Source: Octopus sinensis
Taxonomy: Eukaryota
DNA length: 64,000 nucleotides
Direction: 5' to 3'
Assembly (NCBI RefSeq): GCF_006345805.1
Contig: NW_021831846.1
Location: 62,001-126,000, forward strand
A program made the translations under genes and the position numbers. The notes under the pieces are model-generated. The model was not told the DNA's origin. It made no database searches and saw nothing but the letters and a program-made list of their open reading frames with translations. Below, in pieces: positions 37,265 through 49,784 of this stretch. The first letter of the stretch is position 1; every line of letters starts with the position of its first letter.

Positions 37265-38054
37265 TATGTGGTGGCATCAAAAAGTTCCTGGACTACTTCA
37301 GTAGTGTGCTAACAAATGGCAGCACACAGTCGCATGTGCAGTGAGAGCTAGCAGTGACCTTTATGAGGCAGTGTGCCAAGGGACATCACTTGGATGTGAT
37401 GTGCCCACTTCAAGTTTTGAAATTTGTGTTTTTGTGATCACGTGTATGTTGTAGTCTGCAATTTTGTCATGGACAGGAACGAAGAACCAACCTGAAATTT
37501 TGCTCTAAACTTAGGAAGTCTGCTACAGAGACATTGAGCATGCTTCTGGCGACAAGGCAGTAGGTCGTAAACAAAGTTTCAAGTGGCATGGCATGAGCGC
37601 TTCTAAAGCGGAAGAATGTCTCCCCGGAAATATGGTATTTTGCATCGAGAGAGTTCTGTGATGTTTTTGAAGTGTTTAAGGGAGGACATTAGGGGAAAGT
37701 AACTGGATCTGTGGAGCATAAAGAATTGGATTCTTCACAGAGTTCTCCTCTCCAAAACATGGTTTCGCTCCTGCACCCTCCCTATTCATCAGATTTGGCA
37801 CCTGCAGACTATGAGCTCTGAGATGAAAATGCAGCTCAGAGGTCGCTGTTTTAACACCATAGTCGAGACCCAGAGTGAATTGCAGAAGGTCATTGACTTC
37901 CAGGTCAGATTCCAAAAGTGGCAGGACTGCTGGGACCTGTGTATTGCTATGCACGTTGCCTATTTCGAAGATGACATTAAAACTTAGGTAAATGTTTTTT
38001 TAAATTTTTTTTTTTATTAAACATAGTCTGGGAACCTTTTGGTACCACCTCATA
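37265..38054 (+). mobile_element. Internally deleted mariner element with both TIRs
   Basis: ~31-bp imperfect TIRs tatgtggtggcatcaaaaagttcctggacta / tagtctgggaaccttttggtaccacctcata. N-terminal MDRNEE..NLKFCSKLRKSATETLSML (ATG 37469); C-terminal HPPYSSDLAPADY...FQKWQDCWDLCI...YFEDD. Confidence 0.9.
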
Positions 38055-38761
38055 ATGTTGTGTTAGAGATGATATACGACCCATTGACCTTTGGGTTTCA
38101 ACGTTCCTTATCAAGGCCCAGCTTCACATGTAACCCACTTCCAAATTATTGTGAATGGTGGTGTTGCATTAATCAGCTGTATTACCATGTATTCTGGAAT
38201 CTAGGTCTTTTATCTATTTTTAACTGAGGTAAAATAAACCTAAGAGCATACTGTTTAGCCCCCTCTTCCACACTTCCCTTTAAAAGATAATTTCTGCATA
38301 TACAAATGGTTCTAGATTTAAATGTAGTTGATGTACCATTTGTTTGGTGTAAATATTTAAGTTTTAGTTATATTTGACTTGTTTCAATAATAGCATTGTG
38401 GCCATACTGGTGCACTGCCTTGAATTTTGTCCAGCAAGTTGACTCAAACTCTTAATTACATCTGGTACTTAGCTGGTCTTTTTCTGTGTACCAAATTCAC
38501 TCACAAGACAATAGTTGGTATAAGACTTTAGTATAAGATACTTGCACAAAGGTGCTCCGTTGTGGGACTGAACTTAAAGCCAAATGATTGCAAGGTGGGA
38601 TTTTTAACCACACAGCCACTGTCTCTGTATGTGATAGACAAAAACAATATTTAACATGTTAGTTCTTCATTTATTTGAAATTAGGCAGTTGACACTTTTT
38701 GTTTTGAATGACAGAAGAATGTATATTGTGTGAGTGGGTTATTTCTTTTGTAAATAACCCA

Positions 38762-39147
38762 TGCAGGAGTGGCTGTGTGGTAAGTAGCTTGCTTACCAAC
38801 CACATGGTTCCGGGTTCAGTCCCACTGCGTGGTACCTTGGGCAAGTGTCTTCTACTATAGCCTCAGGCCGACCAAAGCCTTGTGAGTAGATTTGGTAGAC
38901 GGAAACTGAAAGAAGCCTGTCATATATATGTATATATGTGTTTGTGTCTGTGTTTGTCGTCCCCAACATCGCTTGACAACTGATGCTGGTGTGTTTACGT
39001 CCCCCGTAACTTAGCAGTTCGGCAAAAGAGACCGAGAGATTAAGTACTAGGCTTACAAAGAGTAAGTCATGGGGTCAATTTGCTCGACTAAAGGCGGTGC
39101 TCCAGCATGGCCGCAGTCAAATGGCTGAAACAAGTAAAGAAAAGAAG
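38762..39147 (+). mobile_element. SINE-A, full length
   Basis: caggagtggctgtgtggtaagtagc...ggttcagtccc...gaaacaagtaaagaaaag. Confidence 0.95.
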
Positions 39148-39801
39148 AAAAAAAACTGTAAAAGTAACCTTTTTGAAGCATTTTGTTCACAAATATTTAC
39201 CAGCTGATATGGCATCTGTGTATCTATATCAATGTGGATGGTAGTATCCCTTTGGAAGTGTGCGTGCGTGTGTGTGTGGGGGTGGAGTGGGGAGAAAATG
39301 AAATGTCAGTGAGGTTCAATAGAGGAAGTCGGGTATTTAGAAGGGGTTGTAAGTTTTCTTAGAAATAAACTATTTCAAGCAGGCGCATCATAATCATCAT
39401 TTAACAACCCCTTCATGTTTGCACCGTGTGAGATGGTTTGAGGCAGATTTTTCTGTTGGCAATCCTCACCTATTTCCACCTATTTTCCCATAGCTAGACA
39501 TATTTTGCCTTCTCGACTGGAAACGAAGAACTTAGCTTGCACGGTGACGCTGCTCGTCCACAACCATCATGTCTAGACAAGGGTACACGCAAATACATGC
39601 ATGCACCCACACAACAGGCTTCTTTGTAGTTCCATCTACCAAATTTACTCACAAGGTCTTGGTAAGCCTGAGACTATTGAAGACATTTGCTCAAGGTGCC
39701 ACACAATGGGTTTGAACCCAAGACCACATAGTTGGGAAGCAAGCACCTGTCACATAGCCATGCACAATGCTTATATTTTCAATGCATTTTCCAAAAGAGT
39801 C

Positions 39802-40201
39802 GGATCTTTACGGTTTGAACAGCAGTTTTTTCTAGCGGTGTCATATGAAATTGTCCCCCATAATTATGACCCTTAGTATCGATCTATTCAATTTCAATCT
39901 ATTTTAGGGTTAGGGGTGGGGGGAAGGGTATCTTTTTTTCTTCACAAATGTAAATAAACCCAATCTGTTTCTTAAACGAAGGACATATTCATACGGCACA
40001 GAATGTTTTCACCTCAATGGACGGTCATTGATTGGTTGAAATTGAAGAAAAAAACAACAAATCTTACAAACTATATTTTCTCAATAAAGCCAAGAGAAAA
40101 AAAAGATGTTTTATAAACACATTCTACCAGTATACGAAGTTTAAAATTTTTTAGTTACCTAGAAATTATATTAAAAACTGCCGTTCAAACCGAAAAGATC
40201 C
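39802..40201 (+). mobile_element. 400-bp MITE, copy 3
   Basis: Both TIRs present; TSD aaagagtc / taagagtc. Confidence 0.9.
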
Positions 40202-40265
40202 TAAGAGTCTTTGAAATTATGGCTAAACATGTTGAGCAGAGACAGGAGTGATGATGAACCACATT

Positions 40266-40492
40266 TCAATATAATAATTCTTGTTTAACCCTTTACCATT
40301 TAAACCAACCATACTGGCCCAAATATTCTGCTTATGTTCAAACCAACCTGATTGGCCTCTCACAGCTACCCTACCCTGTCATTTTAAAAATAATCACATG
40401 AAAATCTCAACACTAAAAGACAAGGCATAGTAAATTTGAAACAATGCAAATAAACATTACATTTGACTGGATAATCTGAATACCAAAGGGCT
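40266..40492 (+). mobile_element. piggyBac-like MITE (TTAA-CCCTTT...AAAGGG), decayed
   Basis: ttaaccctttaccatttaaacc...aatctgaataccaaaggg; relatives at ~33330-33570, 59521-59908 and four at 61910-63180. Confidence 0.65.
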
Positions 40493-40859
40493 ATGCCCTT
40501 GTTTTACAGTAATTTCTGTAAAAATTTAGCATAAGGGGCAAAAGACAAGGCAGATGCTACAGTTTGCTATTATAAACCACAGTTCCCAAATTAACTTCTC
40601 TTTGATTAACATGCTTTTCAAACATCATCATCGTTTAATGTCTGCTTTCCATGCTAGCATGGGTTGGATGATTTGACTGAGGGCTGCACCAGGCTCCAAT
40701 CTTGGTTTAATTTGTCAAAACATTTTCGTCGCTTTGAGACCGCGACCTGTTCACTGACAAAGCTTCATGCTGCATCTCGAAGTTTTTCTTGGGGTCGTTG
40801 GTAATGAAAAGGTTGGGAACCACTGATCCACGTGATGGATTCTCTTGTTGTGAACGACA

Positions 40860-41170
40860 AATGGTGGGGGTTCAGTAAAATAAAGCATTAATCATGTTCT
40901 ATGGACACGAATGCGTCTCTTGATGTCTTCTGGTGCTTTGCAAACCTTTTGGCAAATGGAACAAGCTGCAGGCTCAGTCTGCTCGAGTGCTTGTGGATCA
41001 TTTATTGTGTTTCCTCGAGTGGAAGGCTAGGCCTGCTTTGCTTTGTACCACAATAAGGTTTCCGTTTGGAAGAGCGTTTTACCAGTGTGCCTTCATGCTT
41101 GTCTGAAGTTGGTCCCAATGCTGGAGTCGATGTTGCTCAAAATCTTTGAACTGAGGAGCAGCAGGACTGG
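40860..41170 (-). pseudogene. RTE-like LINE 3' end with C2H2-type motifs
   Basis: Minus strand ...FEQHRLQHWDQL...KAGLAFHSRKH...TEPAACSICQKVCKAPEDIKRRIRVHRT*. Confidence 0.6.
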
Positions 41171-41189
41171 CACCAGGTCCTATATATAT

Positions 41190-41406
41190 ATTTCTTTACT
41201 ACCCACAAGGGGACAAACAAGGGCAGACAAACGGATTAAGTCGATTATATCGACCCCAGTGCGTAACTGGTACTTAATTTATCGACCCCGAAAGGATGAA
41301 AGGCAAAGTTGACCTTGGCGGAATTTGAACTCAGAACGTAACGGCAGACGAAATACGGCTACGCATTTCGCCCGGCGTGCTAACGTTTCTGCCAGCTCAC
41401 CGCCCT
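41190..41406 (-). mobile_element. SINE-B
   Basis: tatttctttactacccacaagggg...acgtttctgccagctcaccgcc. Confidence 0.92.
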
Positions 41407-42762
41407 AATATGTAGATAGGTTAGTTATAGAATTCATTAGAATATAGGTACATCAATGCAGTATGCCAAAAATGGCTGAGCACAAAAACAGGGATCATAG
41501 GAAGTTAAAAGAACCATGAAGGTATCGTGTTGCCAGCATACTGTAGATATGTAAATACCAACTCCAGTTTAACTGCAGATCGGATTCAGGGCTGGGGCTA
41601 GTTGCAGCATAGATATTAAAAAAACCCAGCAAAAATGGGGCTTAACCCCCATTTGTGCTAGTTCATATATGTATCACATCATTTAATGTCCCCCTTTTCC
41701 ATATTTACATGGGTTGGACAGTCTAACAAACTGGTTTCTATAATTGGATGCCTTTCCTAATGTCAACCACTTTACAGTGTACGGGGAGCTGCTTTTTGCA
41801 TGGCACCAGCACTGGTGAGGTCACCAAGTACTCGCAAGACAGGACTTACTCAGTTGAGTGGAGTGTAGTACTGAGAGATGTGGCAGTGTGATAGTGAGAG
41901 AAGTGTCTTGCTGAAGTGAACACTTGACTTTCCCATCTGGAATACCATCAAGATACAAGGTGAATATAAAAGAGAACAGGGATAGAGGAACAGAAAAAGG
42001 TGGGTAGGTAGGTAAGTGTACCAGAGTGAAAAGTCTGTTACATGATTAATGGTGGGTGTGGGTTACTGTTCCTCTTAGGTTGAGACCCTTCTGTATTGGG
42101 AAGGGCATCTGCTTGTAGAATTGTTTAATCCAAATACTATGTATTAATCAAGTGAGTTATGATGATTTGTCTACAACACTGAATAACAAGAAGTCAATTT
42201 CTTTTGTGATTTGGCTGACCGGGTTTTTGTTCAGGAGCTAGCTTTCATTGAAATCTGGGTTTTCTATAACCATTATTGGTGTTGGTGCCATGTGAAAAAA
42301 AACCAAAAAACACCCAGTGTACTCAGTAAAGTGGTTGGCATTAGGAAGGGCATCCAGTTGCAGACACCAAGCCAAAACAAACAATGGAGCCTGGTTTGGA
42401 CCCTGGCCTTGTTAGTTCCTCTCAAGCTATCCAACCCATCCCTGCATAGAAAACGGACATTAGATAATGATGGTAATTATGTGCAAATTGATTTGAGAAT
42501 TTCTCAACTATTCACTTTGACTGAAACGCTTTCTCACAATTTGGACATTTTTTTTTTTTTTCACTGTTTGTCATTGATTATGGCGATGCTGGGCATTACC
42601 ATCAATAGTCAATTAGTTTAACTTGACATTTAGATCCTTTGCTTGTCCTGTGCATCACATGATGCACAGGACATATTTTGTCTGGCATCCCATGCACAGT
42701 CCCAATATTGTTTTCATCCACAAGAGTAACTTGAGACTTTTTGGAAGGAAAATGATATATTA

Positions 42763-42931
42763 TAGGCGCAGGAGTGGCTGTGTGGTAAGCAGCTTGCTTA
42801 CCAACCACATGGTTCCGGGTTCACTCTCACTGCGTGGCACCTTCGGCAAGTGTCTTCTACTAAAGCCTTGGGCCAACCAAAGCCTTGTGAGTGGATTTGG
42901 TAGACGGAAACTGAAAGAAGCCCGTCGTGTG

Positions 42932-42962
<31 letters not shown>

Positions 42963-43097
42963 ATATAAGAGAGTGGTCACTATGTGGCTCACTCTAGTAA
43001 TAGATCCAATAGGTTTCAACCACAAAAATACATGTTTCCCATGAAAGTCAGTACGATTGTTAGCTCACATCTAATTCTCTCACCCTTATTAATTAAT

Positions 43098-43128
<31 letters not shown>

Positions 43129-43329
43129 CTGTGTTTGTCCCCCCAACATCGCTTGACAACCGATTCTGGTGTGTTTACGTCCCCGTCACTTAGTGGTTCG
43201 GCAAAACAGAACGATTGAATAAGTACTAGGCTTAAAAAGAATAAGTTCTGGGGTCGATTTGCTCGACTAAAGGCGGTGCTCCAGCATGGCCACAGTCAAA
43301 TGACAAACAAGTATAAAGAGTAAAGAGTA
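42763..43329 (+). mobile_element. SINE-A with ~140-bp insert in its internal (TA)n
   Basis: Head at 42763; body resumes at ~43120 after unrelated sequence at 42955-43095. Confidence 0.9.
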
Positions 43330-43679
43330 TTACTCAGACTGTATGGAACCATGGCTACAGATGTTTGAAAGCAAGCATGGGTGTTTGACAAACTTATGAA
43401 AATGCTTTGGGCAGGCAAAAAGGTTAATGCCTTTCTGAGGGCAAGAACCTTACAGATGTTAGTTCATCCTCAGGTGCGAAGGAAACTTAGCTAATTCATT
43501 CTCTACTTGCTCTGGTTGATTTTAATACATCCACTGTGAGGGGAACCTCTACCTGCTAGAAATAGCTGTCAAGATACCTCAGCATTTTGTCTCAAAAGAT
43601 ATGTTAAATATTGGAGTCCTGAAAATGAAATGGGGATGGTCACGGCTGGAAAGTAACCATCAATCACTTTCGTCATTCG

Positions 43680-45578
43680 CTGCTGGGCCGCATCTTCGTT
43701 CCGCGTGTCTCAGACAGGTCCTGACCTGTCTCTGGGTTGGCTCTTGTCTAAAATAAACAGAGGTGATGCTGAGGGTGGGGTATGCGGTGCAGACAGTAAG
43801 CTTGACAACTCTCGCTTGAGGACTGTCTGTTCTTTAGTGGCAGACACTTTGACCCGCTACTCGCCTATGACGACAGTCTTATATAAACCTTCTCCTCCCC
43901 ATTTAAGCTCAACGTGTTTGCCTGCTCTCTCTCTCTCCCCCTTGGTGTGAGTGTGGCAGTTCAGTGTCAACAGTATACGCCTTTTTTAGTTCAGGTCATC
44001 CCTTTTTTTATATTTTTTATTTTTCTGTAGACCCTTAATTATCACCGAAGGCCTTTCTTCCATCGTCTCGTTTCCAGGCAGTATCTATCTACGGCTACAC
44101 TAGCCAAACGTAGCTTTTTTTTTCCTCTAATGATATACTGGAGAGAAAGCTCCAGCGGATCGTGAGGGGGTGTCATGGGAAGAAATGAAGAATAAAATCA
44201 CAAATAGCAACAAAGCCGAAAAACATCGGTGGTGGGGGGGAGGAAATACCTGGAATTTCGGCATTTTTATTGACTGGTTTGGATTTGATTGATATTTGTG
44301 ATTACTCGTTCTTTCGTCAGCTCTGTTTATAATTGAAATGCGTGGGTTAGCGACCTGGGGGGTGTGGAGGATTGTGTGGGTAGAATTTCAACTCAAACGC
44401 GAGAAATTTTATTTCAAATACTCAATTTCTGAGAACAGTCTGACCTTCCAGTTTCTTCAAATCTGTAATCAACACCGATTTGAAACCTTTCTCACGCGAC
44501 TTGCAGCCGTGTCTGTGTCCATCGTTATCATTTCAGAGAGAGAGAGAGAGAGAGAGGCGGGGTGCGATTTATTCTTGACACCAGAGTATTACTGACAAAA
44601 GAGCAAAAGAATTTGATTGATCATTACGATTGATCTCATTTATGATTGATTTCGACTTAAATAGGAAAGAAACCATTCTTTTAAACACAACCCTGAAAGT
44701 TTGGGGAAGGGGCCCAGTCGATTACAGGGACGCCAGTGCTTAACTGGTATTTAGTTTATCAACCCCCGAAAGGATGAAAGACGAAGTTGACCGGTGGAAT
44801 TTGAACACGGAACGTAAAGTAGGAAGAAATTCCTTGGGGAAAAGAAATGATGAAAAGCCCATGTTGTCCTCTATAGAATTCGAACTCGCATTGTAATCAC
44901 ACTTCAAACTAAACTATCATGAATCATTTTCGTTTTTTTTTTCCCCCTTTTCAAATCCCATCGGCATTGATAAATTCATTCAATCAGCTAAAGGTGTCCG
45001 TCCATCTAGTCCACCTTCTTTCCTTCTAAAACTGAGCCTGTTTAAGTGAAAGATCGATAAATGTTATTGCTAGAAAAATAAAGATAAACATATGTAGATT
45101 GATCTGTGGGGAATGCCTCTGTCGACGTCTGGTTTAGAATAACATTGCATAATCTTACAAATATAGATTACATGATAGATGTGTGTGTGTGTGTGTGTGT
45201 TTAGAAGAAAATTTCTGGTGACAGTCGGCCCCGTCTGCACTTAAAATGTTTTCGAAAATTCGATGTCTCGTCTAATAAAGTATTGATGTGACAAACTCAG
45301 TTTTATCCAGATAACAAAATGCATAAACACATACGGACAGAGGTGCGCGCACTGTCTGTGTATAAAACCGTATTTTCGTGGCGTTCTGTTTGCAGTGACC
45401 GCAGCGGAGAGCCAAGACAGTTCGATCGGGGTTGACGACGAAATTCCTGGCTTTGTCTTTGGTTTTGTGTTGCGTTTTCTCCGTCTGTCTGTCTCTCTCT
45501 ACCAACCGTGACGCCCACTCACTATTTCTCGTTGGTGCTCTCTCTCATTCCGTTCTCTTTTGTTTGTTATTAAAGGTG

Positions 45579-45645
<67 letters not shown>

Positions 45646-47080
45646 AATGTATGTATATGTGCGCGCAAATTTATGCGTTTGTATATGTAAGCTAAGGTAG
45701 ACATGGAGGAGATATTCTCTCTCTCTCTCTCTTCTCTCTCTCTCGTAAAACCTCCGTTTTCGATCTGCTAGAAACAGCAGCCAAGTCTCTTAAATTCACA
45801 CCGCCAGCATAAAACAAAACACGGGGCAAATTTCATAATGTAGTCCTTCAAGATGACGTCTGAAAGTTAGATGGGATGGTCACACTGGTGGAAAGCCACA
45901 GATCTATTTCTTGTCTCTTGTTATGAGACACCGAATATCCCTCTTTGACGTTTCGTTAGTCGGCCAATTCCTCTCTTCCCCATTCTTTCTTCCGGCCTCT
46001 CCTACACACTCGACCTTCACTTTTCTCCATCTCAACAATAATAATTATTTTTGTCTCTCTCTCTTTCCATCCATCCATCCATCCATCCATGCCTCCCTCA
46101 TTTATTTATCGTTGTCATCGTTTATGCTTTCTTCTCCGCCATTCCGTGTTTGGGTTTCATTTACCCCCACCCCCCGCCCACCATCCCCTTTATCTTATCC
46201 CCTATTTCTCTTAATTTCCGACTTGCCTCTTGATTTAATAATTCTTTCATTTTTTCCCCCTCTAATTTTACCCTTTTAACACCCCTATCTATATATTTCT
46301 ATTATTTCTCTCATTTTCTGTCTAAATTCTCCCAATCTCCTCTCCTCTCTCTCCCTCTTTCTTTGCTTACTCTGTTGACGGTTTTTCATTCCCCCTCCCC
46401 TTTACCCCTCTCTCTCTCTCTCCATCCTTTTCTGGTTACTCTTTCTTTTGCTTCTTTTCAGTTTTAGTCTATCGCTTTCACCCTTATTCTCTTTGTCTTT
46501 TTCATCTCTATCGCTTTCATCCTTTCTTTCTCTCTCTCTCTCTCTCTCTCCTCTCTCCCTCCCTCTCACCATTCTCTCTCCTCGATCTCGCCGTTATCTC
46601 CTCCTCTGCGTCTCTTACCTCCCTCTTTGTTTCCCCCCCCCCCTAAACCCCCCTCCCCACCAACGTTGCCATCACACGCACGCTTTCACTCACTCACACA
46701 CACACACACACACTCGCTCACGCACACGCAAACACTGCTGCTGCTGCTGCTGTGCTTGCTTGTACTGTGGTAAACTACTACTTCCGCCGCCGCCGCCACC
46801 ACCACCACCTCCACTAGTACCACCACCGCCGCCGCCACCACCACCATCGTCAACCTGCTTTCCTGTGTGGTGAGTTGCAGTGTCAGTACTGTCGAGTGCG
46901 GTGGTGGTAGTGTCTGTCCCGCAGTAAACACAAAACAACACACACACACACCCACCCACCAGACACCCTCGTCTCTCTCTCTCTCTCTCTCTCTCTCTGT
47001 TAATTTCTATGTTTTTCTACTTCAATTTATTTCTTCCAATGTAAAAACTCGGTTTGAGCACAAAAAGCTTCAAGGTAAGT
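43680..47080 (+). promoter_or_regulatory. Extended CpG-rich 5' region of a probable plus-strand gene with several candidate first exons
   Basis: TATATAAA 43880 with donor GTGAGT 43947; TATAAAA 45361 with Inr-like gcAgt 45394; trinucleotide-rich leader ending TG|GTGAGT 46870; perfect AAG|GTAAGT 47075. No young SINE-A inside. Confidence 0.5.
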
Positions 47081-47118
47081 CATTAAATTGGAATCCTCTA
47101 TTAATGGCACTGATGTAT

Positions 47119-47150
<32 letters not shown>

Positions 47151-47431
47151 TCTTTCTACATATTCCGGAAACAATAAATGCACCACATGTCTTTGTGTCT
47201 GGGTGGCTGGATGTATATTTCTATAAATAATTGTTTGCCTCTGATTATTATTATTATTATTATTATTATTATGTCCAAGGTGTTTCTCTATATCCATGTA
47301 CTTGTTTGTATATGTAAATTATATATACTCCTTACTACAAACACGGGCCAACAGTGTTCACTACATGGGTAGTTTTCGACCTACAAGAAATGGCAGTTAA
47401 GTCCTTCTCTCTGTCTTGAAGAAGAAGGCAC

Positions 47432-47851
47432 AGATCTTTTCGGTTTGAACGGCAGTTTTTAACATAATTTCTAGGTAACTAAAAAAATTTTAAACTTCCT
47501 ATGCTGGTAGAATGTGTTTATAAAACATCTTTTTTTTTTTTCTTGGCTTTATTGAGAAAATTCTATAAGTTTGTTAGATATTTGTTTTTTTTTTTTCAAT
47601 TTCTGCAATTTCAACCAATCAATGACGTCTATTGAGGTAAAAAGCATTCTGTGCCGTATGAATGAATGTCCCTCGTTTAAGAAACAGATTGGGTTTATTT
47701 ACATTTGTGAAGAAAAAGGAAGATACCCTCCCCCCCACCCCTAACCCTAAAACAGATCGAAATGCAATAGATCGATACTAGGGTCATAATTATGGGTGAC
47801 AATTTCATATGACACCGCTAGAAAAAACTGCCGTTCAAACCGAAAAGATCC
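47432..47851 (-). mobile_element. 400-bp MITE, copy 4 (reverse orientation)
   Basis: Both TIRs present; degenerate TSD gaaggcac / gaaagcat; interrupts an older SINE remnant. Confidence 0.88.
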
Positions 47852-48234
47852 GAAAGCATACATTGAACAGAATAATGCTGTCCTGGAAACTGAACTCCTT
47901 AGAGGGAATTTTAGCTGGGAAGAAAAGAAACTGATAAATATTACACAATCGGGGGTCGGCCTTAGACACCCAACACCATGACCACCACTTATGAACATTT
48001 TACAAACCTTATTTGAAATAATTTCTTTGCGTGCTTCTGGTGTTCTTCAATGTTTGGGGGTGGTTACGAATCAACCATTATAGCCTTCACTTCTCTTTCT
48101 CACACTTAAAACAATGAAGCAAACAAAATAGATAACAGGTGTTTGTGTACACGTTTTAAATCTCTTTTGGGTGTCTGTTGTTCGTGGTTAATTTGTTGCT
48201 GTTGGTTAGTAGCTGGCGAAGAACCCTGATCTAG

Positions 48235-49226
48235 TTCACACCTATGATCAAAGAGGTCGACTTTGGCTTTCATCCTTTCGGGGGTGGATAAATTAAGTAC
48301 CAGTTACGCACTGGGGTCGATGTAATCGACTTAATACCTATGTCTGTCCTTGTTTGTCCCCTCTGTGTTTAGTCCCTTGTGGGTAATAAAGAAATAGGTA
48401 TTCACACCTATGATCAAAGAGGTCGACTTTGCCTTTCATCCTTCCGGGGGTCGATAAATTAAGTACCAGTTACGCACTGGGGTCGATGTAATCGACTTAA
48501 TACCTATGTCTGTCCTTGTTTGTCCCCTCTGTGTTTAGTCCCTTGTGGGTAATAAAGAAATAGGTATTCACACCTATGATCAAAGAGGTCGACTTTGCCT
48601 TTCATCCTTCCGGGGGTCGATAAATTAAGTACCAGTTACGCACTGGGGTCGATGTAATCGACTTAATACCTATGTCTGTCCTTGTTTGTCCCCTCTGTGT
48701 TTAGCCCCTTGTGGGTAATAAAGAAATAGGTATTCACACCTATGATCAAAGAGTCGACTTTGCCTTTCATCCTTCCGGGGGTCGATAATTAAGTACCAGT
48801 TACGCACTGGGGTCGATGTAATCGACTTAATACCTATGTCTGTCCTTGTTTGTCCCCTCTGTGTTTAGCCCTTTGTGGGTAATAAAGAAATAGGTATTCA
48901 CACCTATGATCAAAGAGGTCGACTTTGCCTTTCATCCTTCCGGGGGTCGATAATTAAGTACCAGTACGCACTGGGGTCGATGTAATCGACTTAATACCTA
49001 TGTCTGTCCTTGTTTGTCCCCTCTGTGTTTAGTCCCTTGTGGGTAATAAAGAAATAGGTATTCACACCTATGATCAAAGAGGTCGACTTTGCCTTTCATC
49101 CTTCCGGGGGTCGATAAATTAAGTACCAGTTACGCACTGGGGTCGATGTAATCGACTTAATACCTATGTCTGTCCTTGTTTGTCCCCTCTGTGTTTAGCC
49201 CCTTGGGGGTAATAAAGAAATAGGTA
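48235..49226 (+). repeat. 166-bp tandem array x6 (18-bp host flank plus 5'-truncated SINE-B)
   Basis: Units start at 48235, 48401, 48567, 48733, 48897 and 49061 and are nearly identical. Confidence 0.95.
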
Positions 49227-49784
49227 TTCCAGCCATGGCCAACAGATTTGTCTCTCTCTCTCTTTAGTGAGTGAGCGGTGTTATATGGAGATTTTTGACT
49301 GCTATTCTTAGACTTTGGCGACCACATAGGTTGTTGGTTCCTAGCATTAATTTATTTGTCCCTCCTCAATGAGTGTAAACTAGTTTTAAATAATTGCTAA
49401 TGTGTTCGTGAGAATTTTCCCATTTCAAACATTTTCACGTGTGGTTAAGTTGGTACATAAATTAAGAAGTAAATTTGGTTTTAGATTTGGTGTGAAACGA
49501 TGGAATTCAAATAGTGTTGGGTAGTTTGAATAGGAAATGTTGCTTTTTATGTATATTGTCAGTTGGTCAGGAATTTATGACAACACCTTTTTCTCTTTTG
49601 ATGGCAGTGTGTGTATATTAGTATACACACGACTGCGTGAATCTTTTTTTTTTTTTTTTTGCTTGAACTGTCAAGTGTTCTTAACACTCTACGCATACGT
49701 ACGCGCATGTATATATGTACAAACACATATACACACGCGCGCGCACACGCACGCATATATACACACATTCGGACGGCACGCGCA

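Noticed and set aside
38762-38835. tRNA gene
   Set aside because: A/B-box-like head continues straight into the SINE body; no complete cloverleaf. The same holds for the other SINE heads.
46448-46873. 141-aa poly-Cys/poly-Pro ORF as a formin/WASP-like protein
   Set aside because: Non-ATG start, built from simple repeats, and no recognisable domain.
48235-49226. Retrozyme (hammerhead-containing tandem repeat)
   Set aside because: No CUGANGA...GAAA core on either strand of the 166-bp unit.
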